Shown here: in pieces, positions 1 to 8,179 of the stretch
Layout of the letters: every line of letters begins with the position of its first letter
Numbering within the stretch: position 1 is the first letter of the stretch
NCBI GenBank assembly: GCA_033763315.1
Contig: JANRKS010000019.1
Location: 192,001-256,000 of the forward strand
Source: Deltaproteobacteria bacterium
GTDB lineage: Bacteria; Myxococcota_A; Polyangia; Fen-1088
Reading direction: 5' to 3'
DNA: 64,000 bases
The notes under the pieces: model-generated
The model's database searches: none
Seen by the model: the letters and a program-made list of their open reading frames with translations, nothing else
Told to the model about the DNA's origin: nothing
Position numbers and translations under genes: made by a program

Positions 1-975
1 GGCAATCGTTTGGCGGTGGCGCAGGCGTTGAGCAAGCTTCTGCAAGTGAACGCGGAGGTTGTGATCGCCCGCCCATTGACGACGGCGGACGCGCACGAAG
101 TGACGTCCCCGCAAGAGACGATGGTTTATTCCGAAGCCTTGCTTCGCTTTGTTGGACTCAACAGCAACGCTGCCCCCACAGGAAGCGACGTATACGTTGA
201 CCTTCGCCTTCGAGACGCGCCGTTTGGCTATGTGCCCGCCGCGCTTGACGGCGCCTCCGCGGTGCGCTTGGCCGACGGGGCCGCCTTGATCGTGCGTTCG
301 CTCGTGCAGGACGTTCGCAAAGTGGTGCTTGACGTGGCAGTCAACGCGCAGGGCGACGCTGTGATCACCGCGAAGGAGCACTTGGTCGGGGCCGTGGCGA
401 TCGATTGGAAAGAGGCGCTTCGACAACTGGGCGCCGAAGAAGACAAACGCCAGCGTCGCTTCGAGGAAGCTTATTTGGCGTATCACTTTCCCGGTGCCAC
501 GTTGGAAGCGCTTACGTTTGCGCCCACAGACCGAGCGATGGATCTTGAATATCGGATCAAAGTTGAGCGCCTCGCCACCACATCGAACGGTGGGTTGGTG
601 CTGGAGCCGCGGTTCTTCTTGTCGCAGCCGGGGCGCCGTTATGCGACCGAGCCCACACGCAAGACAACGCTGCTTATGACACCGGAGGCGCCGCTTGATC
701 TTGTGGCCACACTGCATTTCGCGGCGTCGGCACGCATTGCCCAGGCTGGCGCGAACCTCGACGTGTACCCCTTGGGCAGCGCGGGCCCGCATTTCGTGGA
801 GCAGCGGGCGGTAAAGAACAACACCACCGTTGTTCTGCGTCGGCAGGTGCAGATGCCCACGGCGCGTGTGACCACGGCACAGTATGCCGCGGTGGGCGCC
901 ACGCTTCGGAAGGTCGATTTGGCTGAACAGGCAGCCATCCATGTAGACCTGCGCAAAGGAGCCTCTGTTCCATGA
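1..975 (+). CDS. C-terminal part of a large protein, probably DUF3857/transglutaminase-associated family; runs off the left window edge
   Basis: Frame is open from base 1 to the stop at 975 and overlaps the gpsA start (ATGA). The beta-rich C-terminus ending in a helix resembles DUF3857/DUF3858-type proteins (inference). Confidence 0.5.
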   Translation, partial: GNRLAVAQALSKLLQVNAEVVIARPLTTADAHEVTSPQETMVYSEALLRFVGLNSNAAPTGSDVYVDLRLRDAPFGYVPAALDGASAVRLADGAALIVRSLVQDVRKVVLDVAVNAQGDAVITAKEHLVGAVAIDWKEALRQLGAEEDKRQRRFEEAYLAYHFPGATLEALTFAPTDRAMDLEYRIKVERLATTSNGGLVLEPRFFLSQPGRRYATEPTRKTTLLMTPEAPLDLVATLHFAASARIAQAGANLDVYPLGSAGPHFVEQRAVKNNTTVVLRRQVQMPTARVTTAQYAAVGATLRKVDLAEQAAIHVDLRKGASVP

Positions 976-1997
976 GCCACACTTCTCATCCCCAACGCGT
1001 GGTTGTGCTTGGCGCCGGATCATGGGGCACCGCTTTGGCCGCGCTGTTATGCGAGCAGGGCCACCACGTCACGCTGTGGGGGCGCGATGATCAAGCGATT
1101 GAAACCATGCGCTTGCGCGGTGAGAACCTTCGCTACTTGCCTGGCGTGAAGCTGCCCGCAAGCCTGCACCTCACAAGCACCCTCGAAGGTCTTGCCGATC
1201 ACGCGAATGTTTGTGTGGTGGTGTTGCCTTCAGCAAACGTGCGCGAGACGCTGACGCGTATGAGCCCCAGCTTCGAGGGCTTGGTGGTGTGCGCTTCCAA
1301 GGGGCTCGAAAAGGGTTCCGCGCTGACCATGGATCAAGTGATCGAAAATGTGTGGCCACGCTGCAGGCATGTGCTGCTGTCGGGGCCCACGTTTGCCGTG
1401 GAGGTTGCCAACCGACGTCCCGCGGCCGCGGTGGTGGCATCCAAAGATCAGGCTGCACGCGAGGCCGCGCAACGGTTGTTTACGTGTGGGCGGTTTCGCG
1501 TTTATGGCAGCGACGATGTTGTGGGTGTGGCGTTTGGTGGAGCTCTAAAGAATGTGATCGCGCTTGCCGCGGGGTGCTCCGATGGCTTGGGGTTTGGCGC
1601 CAACGCGCGCGCCGCCTTGATCACACGCGGTCTTGCGGAGATCGGCCGCTTGGCTGCGGCGTGTGGCGGCAACCCATTGACGCTCGCGGGCCTCGCGGGC
1701 CTCGGAGATTTGGTGCTGACATGCACGGGCGAGCTTTCCCGCAACCGCACGGTCGGCTTGGCGTTGGGCCGCGGCGAACCGTTGGGCAAGATCGCGGCGC
1801 GCTTGGGGCAAGTGGCCGAAGGCGTGGAGACGGCACAAACCGCGGCCGAATTGGCGGCCCGCCTGCACGTTGACCTTCCGATCACATGTGAAGTCGCGGC
1901 CGTTCTTTCTGGCACCCGAACGGCGTGGGAAGCGGTGGCCAAGCTATTGGCTCGCGAGATCGGCGACGAGATGGGCGCCCACGAGCGAACGGCTTAG
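972..1997 (+). CDS. gpsA: NAD(P)H-dependent glycerol-3-phosphate dehydrogenase
   Basis: GAGSWGTALA Rossmann motif, SKGLE, LSGPTFA, GGALKNVIA, GLGDLVLTC and SRN motifs. Confidence 0.97.
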   Translation: MSHTSHPQRVVVLGAGSWGTALAALLCEQGHHVTLWGRDDQAIETMRLRGENLRYLPGVKLPASLHLTSTLEGLADHANVCVVVLPSANVRETLTRMSPSFEGLVVCASKGLEKGSALTMDQVIENVWPRCRHVLLSGPTFAVEVANRRPAAAVVASKDQAAREAAQRLFTCGRFRVYGSDDVVGVAFGGALKNVIALAAGCSDGLGFGANARAALITRGLAEIGRLAAACGGNPLTLAGLAGLGDLVLTCTGELSRNRTVGLALGRGEPLGKIAARLGQVAEGVETAQTAAELAARLHVDLPITCEVAAVLSGTRTAWEAVAKLLAREIGDEMGAHERTA

Positions 1998-2851
1998 CTG
2001 ACGATCTGCAACTGTCGGCGGTAGTCGCGCACCAGGTCCGGCTGGGCTGGAGGCTCCTCCAAGTGATCGAATATCGCTAGCAGGGCTTTGCGCGCCAGGC
2101 CGCCTGCGTGAGCGGCGTTGCGCGACACGCTTTCCAACAACGCGTCCATAGCGGCCTGGGTTTGACCTCGGCTCAGCAACGTGGCCGCCAAACTGAGGCG
2201 GGCTTCATGATCGCGCGGGTTGTCCTGCACTTTCTTTTGCGCTGCTTCGACTCCCTCAAGATTGGCGCGTTCAAGCAAATCGGCCAACGCCTCCAAAGCT
2301 TCGACCCGTGGATATTGAGGGGCCGAAGGGTGAACGCGTTCAGCCAACGTTCGGATCTCCGGCGGTGGTCCTCCGGTTGCCACCAACACGTGCGCTAGAT
2401 GAAACGCCGCTTCGCTGCCAACTTCGTCGTCGTCGACGAGGGCGCCCAACGCCGCTCGCGCGGCCTGCGGATCGGGGCGCTTCGCCAAGGCTTCAGCCAG
2501 GGCGGCGCGGGCCGCAGAGGGCACCAGCGACCGAATAAATGCTTCAATCGTGGGCAAGGGCTGCGCACCCACGAACTCATCCACAACTTCACCATTACGG
2601 AACGCTTTGACGGCGGGAATCCCTTGAATGCCGAACCGTGCCGCAATGCCCTGGTTCGCGTCGGTGTTGATCTTCACCAATTCCACGCGCCCCCCCGCGG
2701 CCTGCACAGCCTTTTCCAGCAAGGGGCCGAGTGTGCGACAAGGGCCACACCAGGGCGCCCAGAAGTCCACCAGCACCGGCAGCTGAGCAGACCGTTCGAT
2801 CACGGCCGCCTGAAAATCAGCCTCATTGATGTCTTTGACAAAAGAGCTCAC
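1994..2851 (-). CDS. Thioredoxin-TPR co-chaperone (YbbN/CnoX family)
   Basis: WAPWCGPC thioredoxin site followed by a helical TPR-like C-terminus ending YRRQL. Start set at GTG 2851. Confidence 0.9.
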   Translation of the reverse strand: MSSFVKDINEADFQAAVIERSAQLPVLVDFWAPWCGPCRTLGPLLEKAVQAAGGRVELVKINTDANQGIAARFGIQGIPAVKAFRNGEVVDEFVGAQPLPTIEAFIRSLVPSAARAALAEALAKRPDPQAARAALGALVDDDEVGSEAAFHLAHVLVATGGPPPEIRTLAERVHPSAPQYPRVEALEALADLLERANLEGVEAAQKKVQDNPRDHEARLSLAATLLSRGQTQAAMDALLESVSRNAAHAGGLARKALLAIFDHLEEPPAQPDLVRDYRRQLQIVS

Positions 2852-2905
2852 AAACTGAGCTTGGCGAAGAGCGCGAGGTCTCGCAAGCTCGGGTATCATC
2901 AAGGC

Positions 2906-3607
2906 GTGCCTGTTTACGGGCTGACCGAAGACCCCGCCTTGTTTCCTGATCCACAGCTGGCTGATGCAGACGGCTTGTTGGCTATGGGGGGAGACTTATC
3001 CGCTGAGCGCTTGATTGGCGCTTACGCGACGGGGATCTTTCCGTGGTTCGAGGATGGCCAGCCCATCTTGTGGTGGTCGCCCGATCCGCGCATGGTGCTG
3101 GATCCCGCCCAACTGCACGTGCCCAAGTCCTTGGCCAAAGTCATGCGCTCGGGGCGGTTCGAGCTGCGCTTCGACACCGCGTTTGAGCAAGTGATTGATC
3201 GTTGCGCCACGAAACGCCGCCCCGGTCAGCGAGGCACATGGATCACCACCGAGATGCGCGGCGCATACCAAAAGCTTCACCAACTGGGCGTGGCGCATTC
3301 GGCGGAAGCGTGGAGTGAAGGCAAGCTTGTGGGGGGGCTCTACGGCGTTAGCTTGGGTGGCGCGTTCTTTGGCGAATCGATGTTCGCGGATGCCCCCGAC
3401 GCCTCAAAGTTTGCTTTCGTGGCTTTGGTTCGCCAGCTGCAATCCTGGGGCGTGGATCTGATCGATTGCCAGGTCACCACCGCCCACCTCGCACGCTTTG
3501 GCGCCGTGGAAATTCCGCGCGCCGCATTTTTAGCCCGTTTACAAGCGTCGCTGAAAAAGCCCACGCACCAAGGCCGTTGGAAACCTGAACCGCTGCACCA
3601 GGATTGA
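2906..3607 (+). CDS. aat: Leucyl/phenylalanyl-tRNA--protein transferase
   Basis: GLLAMGGDL, GIFPWF, WWSPDPR, AHSAEAW, GGLYGV, FFGESMF and DCQ motifs. Start set at GTG 2906 inside the 402-aa ORF. Confidence 0.96.
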   Translation: MPVYGLTEDPALFPDPQLADADGLLAMGGDLSAERLIGAYATGIFPWFEDGQPILWWSPDPRMVLDPAQLHVPKSLAKVMRSGRFELRFDTAFEQVIDRCATKRRPGQRGTWITTEMRGAYQKLHQLGVAHSAEAWSEGKLVGGLYGVSLGGAFFGESMFADAPDASKFAFVALVRQLQSWGVDLIDCQVTTAHLARFGAVEIPRAAFLARLQASLKKPTHQGRWKPEPLHQD

Positions 3608-3610
3608 AGC

Positions 3611-5458
3611 TTAAACGTGCAAACCCACGGCGCGCATCAATGCCAAGGCGTTGCTGCGTTGAACGACGCCCGGCCGGAGCGTGAAATCGAAGGTCATCTC
3701 GTTGTTCTCAAGGTGATCTTGAAAGTGCACGTTCACCACCACGGGCCCCAACGTCTCGGGCAAGCGGGTCAAAGCCAGGTCGTGCGTTGTCACAAGCCCC
3801 ACAGCGTTGTGGGTCAAAAGGCCCTTTACAACGCCGGCCGCACCCGCGCGGCGATCCTCTGAATTGGTGCCCGCAAAGATCTCGTCCAACAAGAACAACA
3901 GTGGTCGTTCCTGATCGTGGCTGGCCAGTTCCACCACCTGCCGCACACGCAGAAGTTCTGCAAAGAAACGTGAACGGCCTTCGGCCAACGAATCGCCCAC
4001 GCGGATCGCCGCACCGATGTTGAAGGGGCACAGCCGCACATCTTGGCCGCACACCACGCTGCCGGCCTGTGCCAGCACAGCGTTGAGACCAATCGCGCGC
4101 AGGTAAGTGCTTTTGCCCGACATGTTTGAGCCGCTGACCATCACCACGCGCACGTCCTGGCCCGCCTCACCAATGTCTTTGCCCCCCGCCTGTGTGCCAA
4201 GCCGCACCGGATTGCTCACGCGTTTGCTGGCGGCAAGCAATGGGTGGCCAAGCGTGCGCGCCGTGTAGCGGGTGATCTCCGTTTCGATCACAGGGCTTTC
4301 ATACGTGGGGTTCTCGAAGGCAAAACCCGCCAGGCTGCACAGCGCCTCAAGGTCAGCCACCGCATCGATCCATTCACCCACAGCCTTGCCGTGTTTGTGG
4401 CGCCATCGTTCGATGGTCAACGCCCACAGGGGCGCCCAAAATGTGGGCCACAACAACGGAATCAGAAGTTGATTGCGATGTGCATCGAAAAAGCCCACAC
4501 GCCGGGACAACACACCGATGAGGCGTGACGGCCGCTCTGCCCCTTGGCCGAGCGCGCGTTTGAGTGAATCAAGGCGCGGGCTATCAAAGGGCGTGGTTTC
4601 GATGATTTGCAACACGATCCCCATCACCTGCAGCTCCACAAGCCGCTTGCCCACTTCGCGCGCCACGCGGATGACGGCATCCAACAAAGCGCGCGTCACA
4701 AAGAAATCGATGAGCAGCAGGCCTAACAGCCACGTGCCTGAAATGCGGCCACTCAATGCCAACGGCGCCACCACCAAAAAACAGGCGCCCAGGATCAGCG
4801 CTGCCGTTACCGCCAACGTGACGTAGCTGCGTGACCAGGGCAGGGGCGGGGCGGCAGCCCATTGGCGAAGATCATCCGGCCGCATTTCATCTCGCAACGT
4901 GGCGCCGGCCACCGCCAATTTCTCGCGCAGCAACGTTTTGGTTCGTAGCTCCATCACCGCCTTTTGGCGATCACGAATCTCTTTGTCGTCGCTTGGGTGC
5001 AGGAGCCAATCCGCCAGGCGCTTTTGCCCCGGTGCCGTGCGTGCCTCGTTGAGGCGTTCAAACAAACTGCCCTTGCCAAACACATCCAGATCCGACGCGT
5101 ACGGGTGCTCGGGCGAAAAAAACGCCAACCCTGTGTCGCCTTGGCCCGCCCAACGATCCTCGAGGCGAGCGATGCCGCGTTCGTAAAAAGCCACGCCCCG
5201 TTCAACGCGCGCGCGTTTTTGCGCCAACAGACTTTCGTAGATCCACAGGGCCACAAAGGCGGCGGCGGGCAGGGCGCTCCACGACGGGCGCAGGTCGTGC
5301 CCACGGTAGGCGACCCACAGAACGGCGACGAAGGCGATCGCCAATCCCAGGCGCAGCAGAGCGCTTCGGCGGTCTTTGACCATCAATGCGGCCACCTGCT
5401 GCTGCCGCTCGACGAGGCCAGCCTGGTAGATCGCCAAAGGCTCTGCGGAGGCCGACAT
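3611..5458 (-). CDS. Membrane-anchored MutS-related ATPase (MutS domain V)
   Basis: N-terminal hydrophobic helices, DLDVFG, Walker A GSNMSGKST, SRFFAEL, LLDEIFAGTNS and TTHDL. No mismatch-binding domain is evident. Confidence 0.88.
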   Translation of the reverse strand: MSASAEPLAIYQAGLVERQQQVAALMVKDRRSALLRLGLAIAFVAVLWVAYRGHDLRPSWSALPAAAFVALWIYESLLAQKRARVERGVAFYERGIARLEDRWAGQGDTGLAFFSPEHPYASDLDVFGKGSLFERLNEARTAPGQKRLADWLLHPSDDKEIRDRQKAVMELRTKTLLREKLAVAGATLRDEMRPDDLRQWAAAPPLPWSRSYVTLAVTAALILGACFLVVAPLALSGRISGTWLLGLLLIDFFVTRALLDAVIRVAREVGKRLVELQVMGIVLQIIETTPFDSPRLDSLKRALGQGAERPSRLIGVLSRRVGFFDAHRNQLLIPLLWPTFWAPLWALTIERWRHKHGKAVGEWIDAVADLEALCSLAGFAFENPTYESPVIETEITRYTARTLGHPLLAASKRVSNPVRLGTQAGGKDIGEAGQDVRVVMVSGSNMSGKSTYLRAIGLNAVLAQAGSVVCGQDVRLCPFNIGAAIRVGDSLAEGRSRFFAELLRVRQVVELASHDQERPLLFLLDEIFAGTNSEDRRAGAAGVVKGLLTHNAVGLVTTHDLALTRLPETLGPVVVNVHFQDHLENNEMTFDFTLRPGVVQRSNALALMRAVGLHV

Positions 5459-5479
5459 GCGTGCGTTTAGGGAAAAGGC

Positions 5480-7216
5480 CTAGCCGACCAGGTGGTCGAT
5501 CGATAAGGCGGCAAAGAGCAGCATCAAATACACGATGGAGTAGGCGAACAAGCTTTTGCCCCACTTGGACGCGGGTGCGCCGACTGTGACGCGATAGCCT
5601 GCGGCGGTCCAGCCAATAAACACAAGGCCAAGCAGCGTTGCGGAGGCGCCGTAGAGCCATCCGGCCACGTCCAGCGGCACCAAGCTCAAGCTCACCCCCA
5701 CCATGGCCACCGCGCACCACAACGCCCAAGCACGAGTGGCGCGCATGCCGTATTCGGCTGGCATGACTTTGAAGCCCGCGTTCGTGTAGTCCTGCACGCG
5801 GAACACGGAGATCGCCAAAAAGTGCGGGATTTGCCACAGAAACAGAATCCCGAACAGCACCAAGCCAGGCAAATCCATGCGGTCGGTGGCGGTGGTCCAC
5901 CCCATCAGCGGTGGCAGTGCTCCGGGTACCGCGCCGACGAACAGCGCGATTGACGACTTCTGCTTTAGCGGCGTGTACATAAACACGTAGCTCGCAAACG
6001 CGACGAAACCCAGCAAGCACGTAAGGCCATTGCCGCCAATGAGCATCAGCGGCAAGGACAAGCACAGAAGCGCGGTGCCCGTTGCCACCGCCGCATCGGC
6101 TGAGAGACGCCCTTGGGGTAACGGCCGGTTGCGCGTGCGCTTCATCAATCGATCGATGTCGCGCTCCAGGTACATGTTAAGCGCGTTTGCCGCACCCACG
6201 ATCAGCAGGGTGCCCGCCAGGGCGATCATCGCGCGCCAGGCTTGCTGCGTTTGCGGGGCCAACCACAACCCACCGCCAAAGGTGGCGATCACCATCACCG
6301 AGATGCGTGGCTTGGTGAGCGCGATCAACTCGCGTCCAAGCGCGCGCAGGCTGACGCCAACGTGAGCGGTTTTGGGGGGAGCGCTGCCAAGATAGAGCCC
6401 CCATTCGGCGGCCAACAAAGCCACACCCAAACCGATGTGGGCCTGCAGAGATGTTAGTGGCAAAACTTCCGCAACGGCGCGCACACCCAACAAGGCTTGC
6501 GCCACCACCAACAACACAACGGTGCCCGCCAACCCACGCAGCCAAGGCCGAGACGGTGTGACGATGTACATCGCAACCGCCGAGAAGGACACCAACGCAA
6601 CCGTTGCCATTGAGCCTATGCGGTGCAGACGAAACACCATGGCGGTGGCCTCATCGTTGGCCCACAAGGCTCCGCCCGTGGCTCCCGCGTAGCGCACCAA
6701 CGCCCCGAGCAACATCTGCGACACCATGACCACGCCCGCCACCAGAACCCAACGTCGGACACGCGGGCTGACCAGCGCAAGTCCGGGGGCGGCGGCCAAG
6801 GGAGCCGTGCCCACTGCGAGGTAGAGCACAGTCAAAAAGAACGCGACGGCGCCGGCATTTTGCAGGGCTCCCAGCTCTTGTGGCAGGTGCAGCTTCGGCG
6901 ACAAGACGGCCCACAACACAAGCCCCACCAACAGGGCCGAGGCGGACCAGGCGGCGCGTACCAACGAAGGGTGCTGGCGCCGAAACTTGGTCAGATGCAG
7001 CGAAATGGCGAACGTCAAACCGGCGCCAGCCACGCCCAGAACGCGGGCCGCGGTGGCGTTGACGGCGGCGCTCAAAAACCCCGACTGGCTTTGTGCCATG
7101 CCGGCCACAAGCAGCAACCCGCAGGCCGCGAGGGCGGCCACCACAGCGGCAACGTGCAAAACAACAGACGGCCGCGCGTGCGGCCGTCCGGTTAATGGGT
7201 GCGAAGAGGGGATCAA
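5480..7216 (-). CDS. ctaB: Fusion of a CtaA/COX15-like membrane domain and protoheme IX farnesyltransferase (CtaB/CyoE)
   Basis: The C-terminal half has LTKPR, NMYLERDIDRLMKRTRNRPLP, YTPLK, GAVPGALPPLMGW and WQIPHF. The N-terminal half has COX15-like QMLLGALVR, LHRIG, QALLG and AHIGLG. Confidence 0.9.
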   Translation of the reverse strand: MIPSSHPLTGRPHARPSVVLHVAAVVAALAACGLLLVAGMAQSQSGFLSAAVNATAARVLGVAGAGLTFAISLHLTKFRRQHPSLVRAAWSASALLVGLVLWAVLSPKLHLPQELGALQNAGAVAFFLTVLYLAVGTAPLAAAPGLALVSPRVRRWVLVAGVVMVSQMLLGALVRYAGATGGALWANDEATAMVFRLHRIGSMATVALVSFSAVAMYIVTPSRPWLRGLAGTVVLLVVAQALLGVRAVAEVLPLTSLQAHIGLGVALLAAEWGLYLGSAPPKTAHVGVSLRALGRELIALTKPRISVMVIATFGGGLWLAPQTQQAWRAMIALAGTLLIVGAANALNMYLERDIDRLMKRTRNRPLPQGRLSADAAVATGTALLCLSLPLMLIGGNGLTCLLGFVAFASYVFMYTPLKQKSSIALFVGAVPGALPPLMGWTTATDRMDLPGLVLFGILFLWQIPHFLAISVFRVQDYTNAGFKVMPAEYGMRATRAWALWCAVAMVGVSLSLVPLDVAGWLYGASATLLGLVFIGWTAAGYRVTVGAPASKWGKSLFAYSIVYLMLLFAALSIDHLVG

Positions 7217-7271
7217 AGGCTTCTTTGGCTCCTGCCCCCGGCTTAGCAGCCTCGCGCCGGGGAAGCGCGAA

Positions 7272-7982
7272 TTACTTCGCCGCCATTTCCAAATTTAAGG
7301 CGGCAGGCTTGCCGGCTTTTACCTCAACATCCACCGTCTGGGTACCCAATTTCTCGTGCCAGTATTCAACTGTGTATTTTCCGGCAGGAACGTTGTTGAT
7401 CGTGAAGCTGCCATCGGCACTCGACACCGCGTAATAGGGGTTGTCGACCACGACCACCCAACCGGTCATCCAAGGGTGCACGTCGCACTTGAACTTCACA
7501 ATGTCGCCGCTCTTGGCGAACTTCTTCTTCAACGGAGGGAAACCTTGCGGCTGAGCCTGGTTGAACAGCGTGGCCGGACCCTTATAGGTGTGCACGTTGT
7601 GCAGTGTTTGGTCGCTGTTCTTGATCAGGATCTGCTGGCCGGCCACCGCCACGGCCACACGCGGTACGTAAGTACAGCCGTTTTGGTCCAAAACCACGTC
7701 GCCCGTGGCCGCCGGTGACGTTCCGGTCACGCCTTTGGCCAAACGAACCACCACGTTCTTCAAACCGCCCTTGCCGTCTGCCACGACGCTCTCGTCTTTG
7801 GCCGTGTGCTGCGCACAGAAGGGGTCAGACTTCATGTTCAGCTCTTCCGCCTTGGGAACGGCGCCTTTGACCTTCACGGTGCCCTTGATCGAGCCTGTGT
7901 CGGCGGCGAATGCGGGGGCGGCGGCTGCCAGCGTAAGAACGGAAGCGAAGACGGTGACGAGAGCTTGGTTCAATTTAGACAT
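7272..7982 (-). CDS. Secreted cupredoxin-like protein with a carboxypeptidase-regulatory-like domain
   Basis: Signal peptide ending AFA, DQNGCTYVP, HNVH and CDVHPWM (type-1 copper-like ligands), WHEKLG. Start set at ATG 7982. Confidence 0.8.
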   Translation of the reverse strand: MSKLNQALVTVFASVLTLAAAAPAFAADTGSIKGTVKVKGAVPKAEELNMKSDPFCAQHTAKDESVVADGKGGLKNVVVRLAKGVTGTSPAATGDVVLDQNGCTYVPRVAVAVAGQQILIKNSDQTLHNVHTYKGPATLFNQAQPQGFPPLKKKFAKSGDIVKFKCDVHPWMTGWVVVVDNPYYAVSSADGSFTINNVPAGKYTVEYWHEKLGTQTVDVEVKAGKPAALNLEMAAK

Positions 7983-8103
7983 CCGGGTCTCCTGATCGAA
8001 TCGGAAGCGAAGGTTGGCGCTACAAGAGGTTGGCAACTATCTACCAGAAGACGGGTGAGCCCGCTGTTTCATTCATCTTTTCGAAACTCTGGGTGTGATG
8101 AAA

Positions 8104-8139
8104 CGCAAAAAGCCCCCGCCTGAGGCAGGGGCTTTTGCG
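8104..8139. terminator. Intrinsic terminator downstream of the DUF1592 gene, possibly bidirectional
   Basis: Inverted repeat CGCAAAAAGCCCCCGCC-TGA-GGCAGGGGCTTTTGCG with A/T tracts on both sides. Confidence 0.75.
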
Positions 8140-8179
8140 AGACACAGCCGCGCGGGGCGGCTGTGCGGTCACTGTGCGG

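Noticed and set aside
2399-2905. Long N-terminal extension on Aat; similar extensions on xth, asd, trpC, frr, the aldehyde dehydrogenase and the Cys-rich lipoprotein
   Set aside because: These extensions overlap other genes or promoters, and family similarity starts at the downstream codon, so they are ORF-caller over-extensions rather than fusions.
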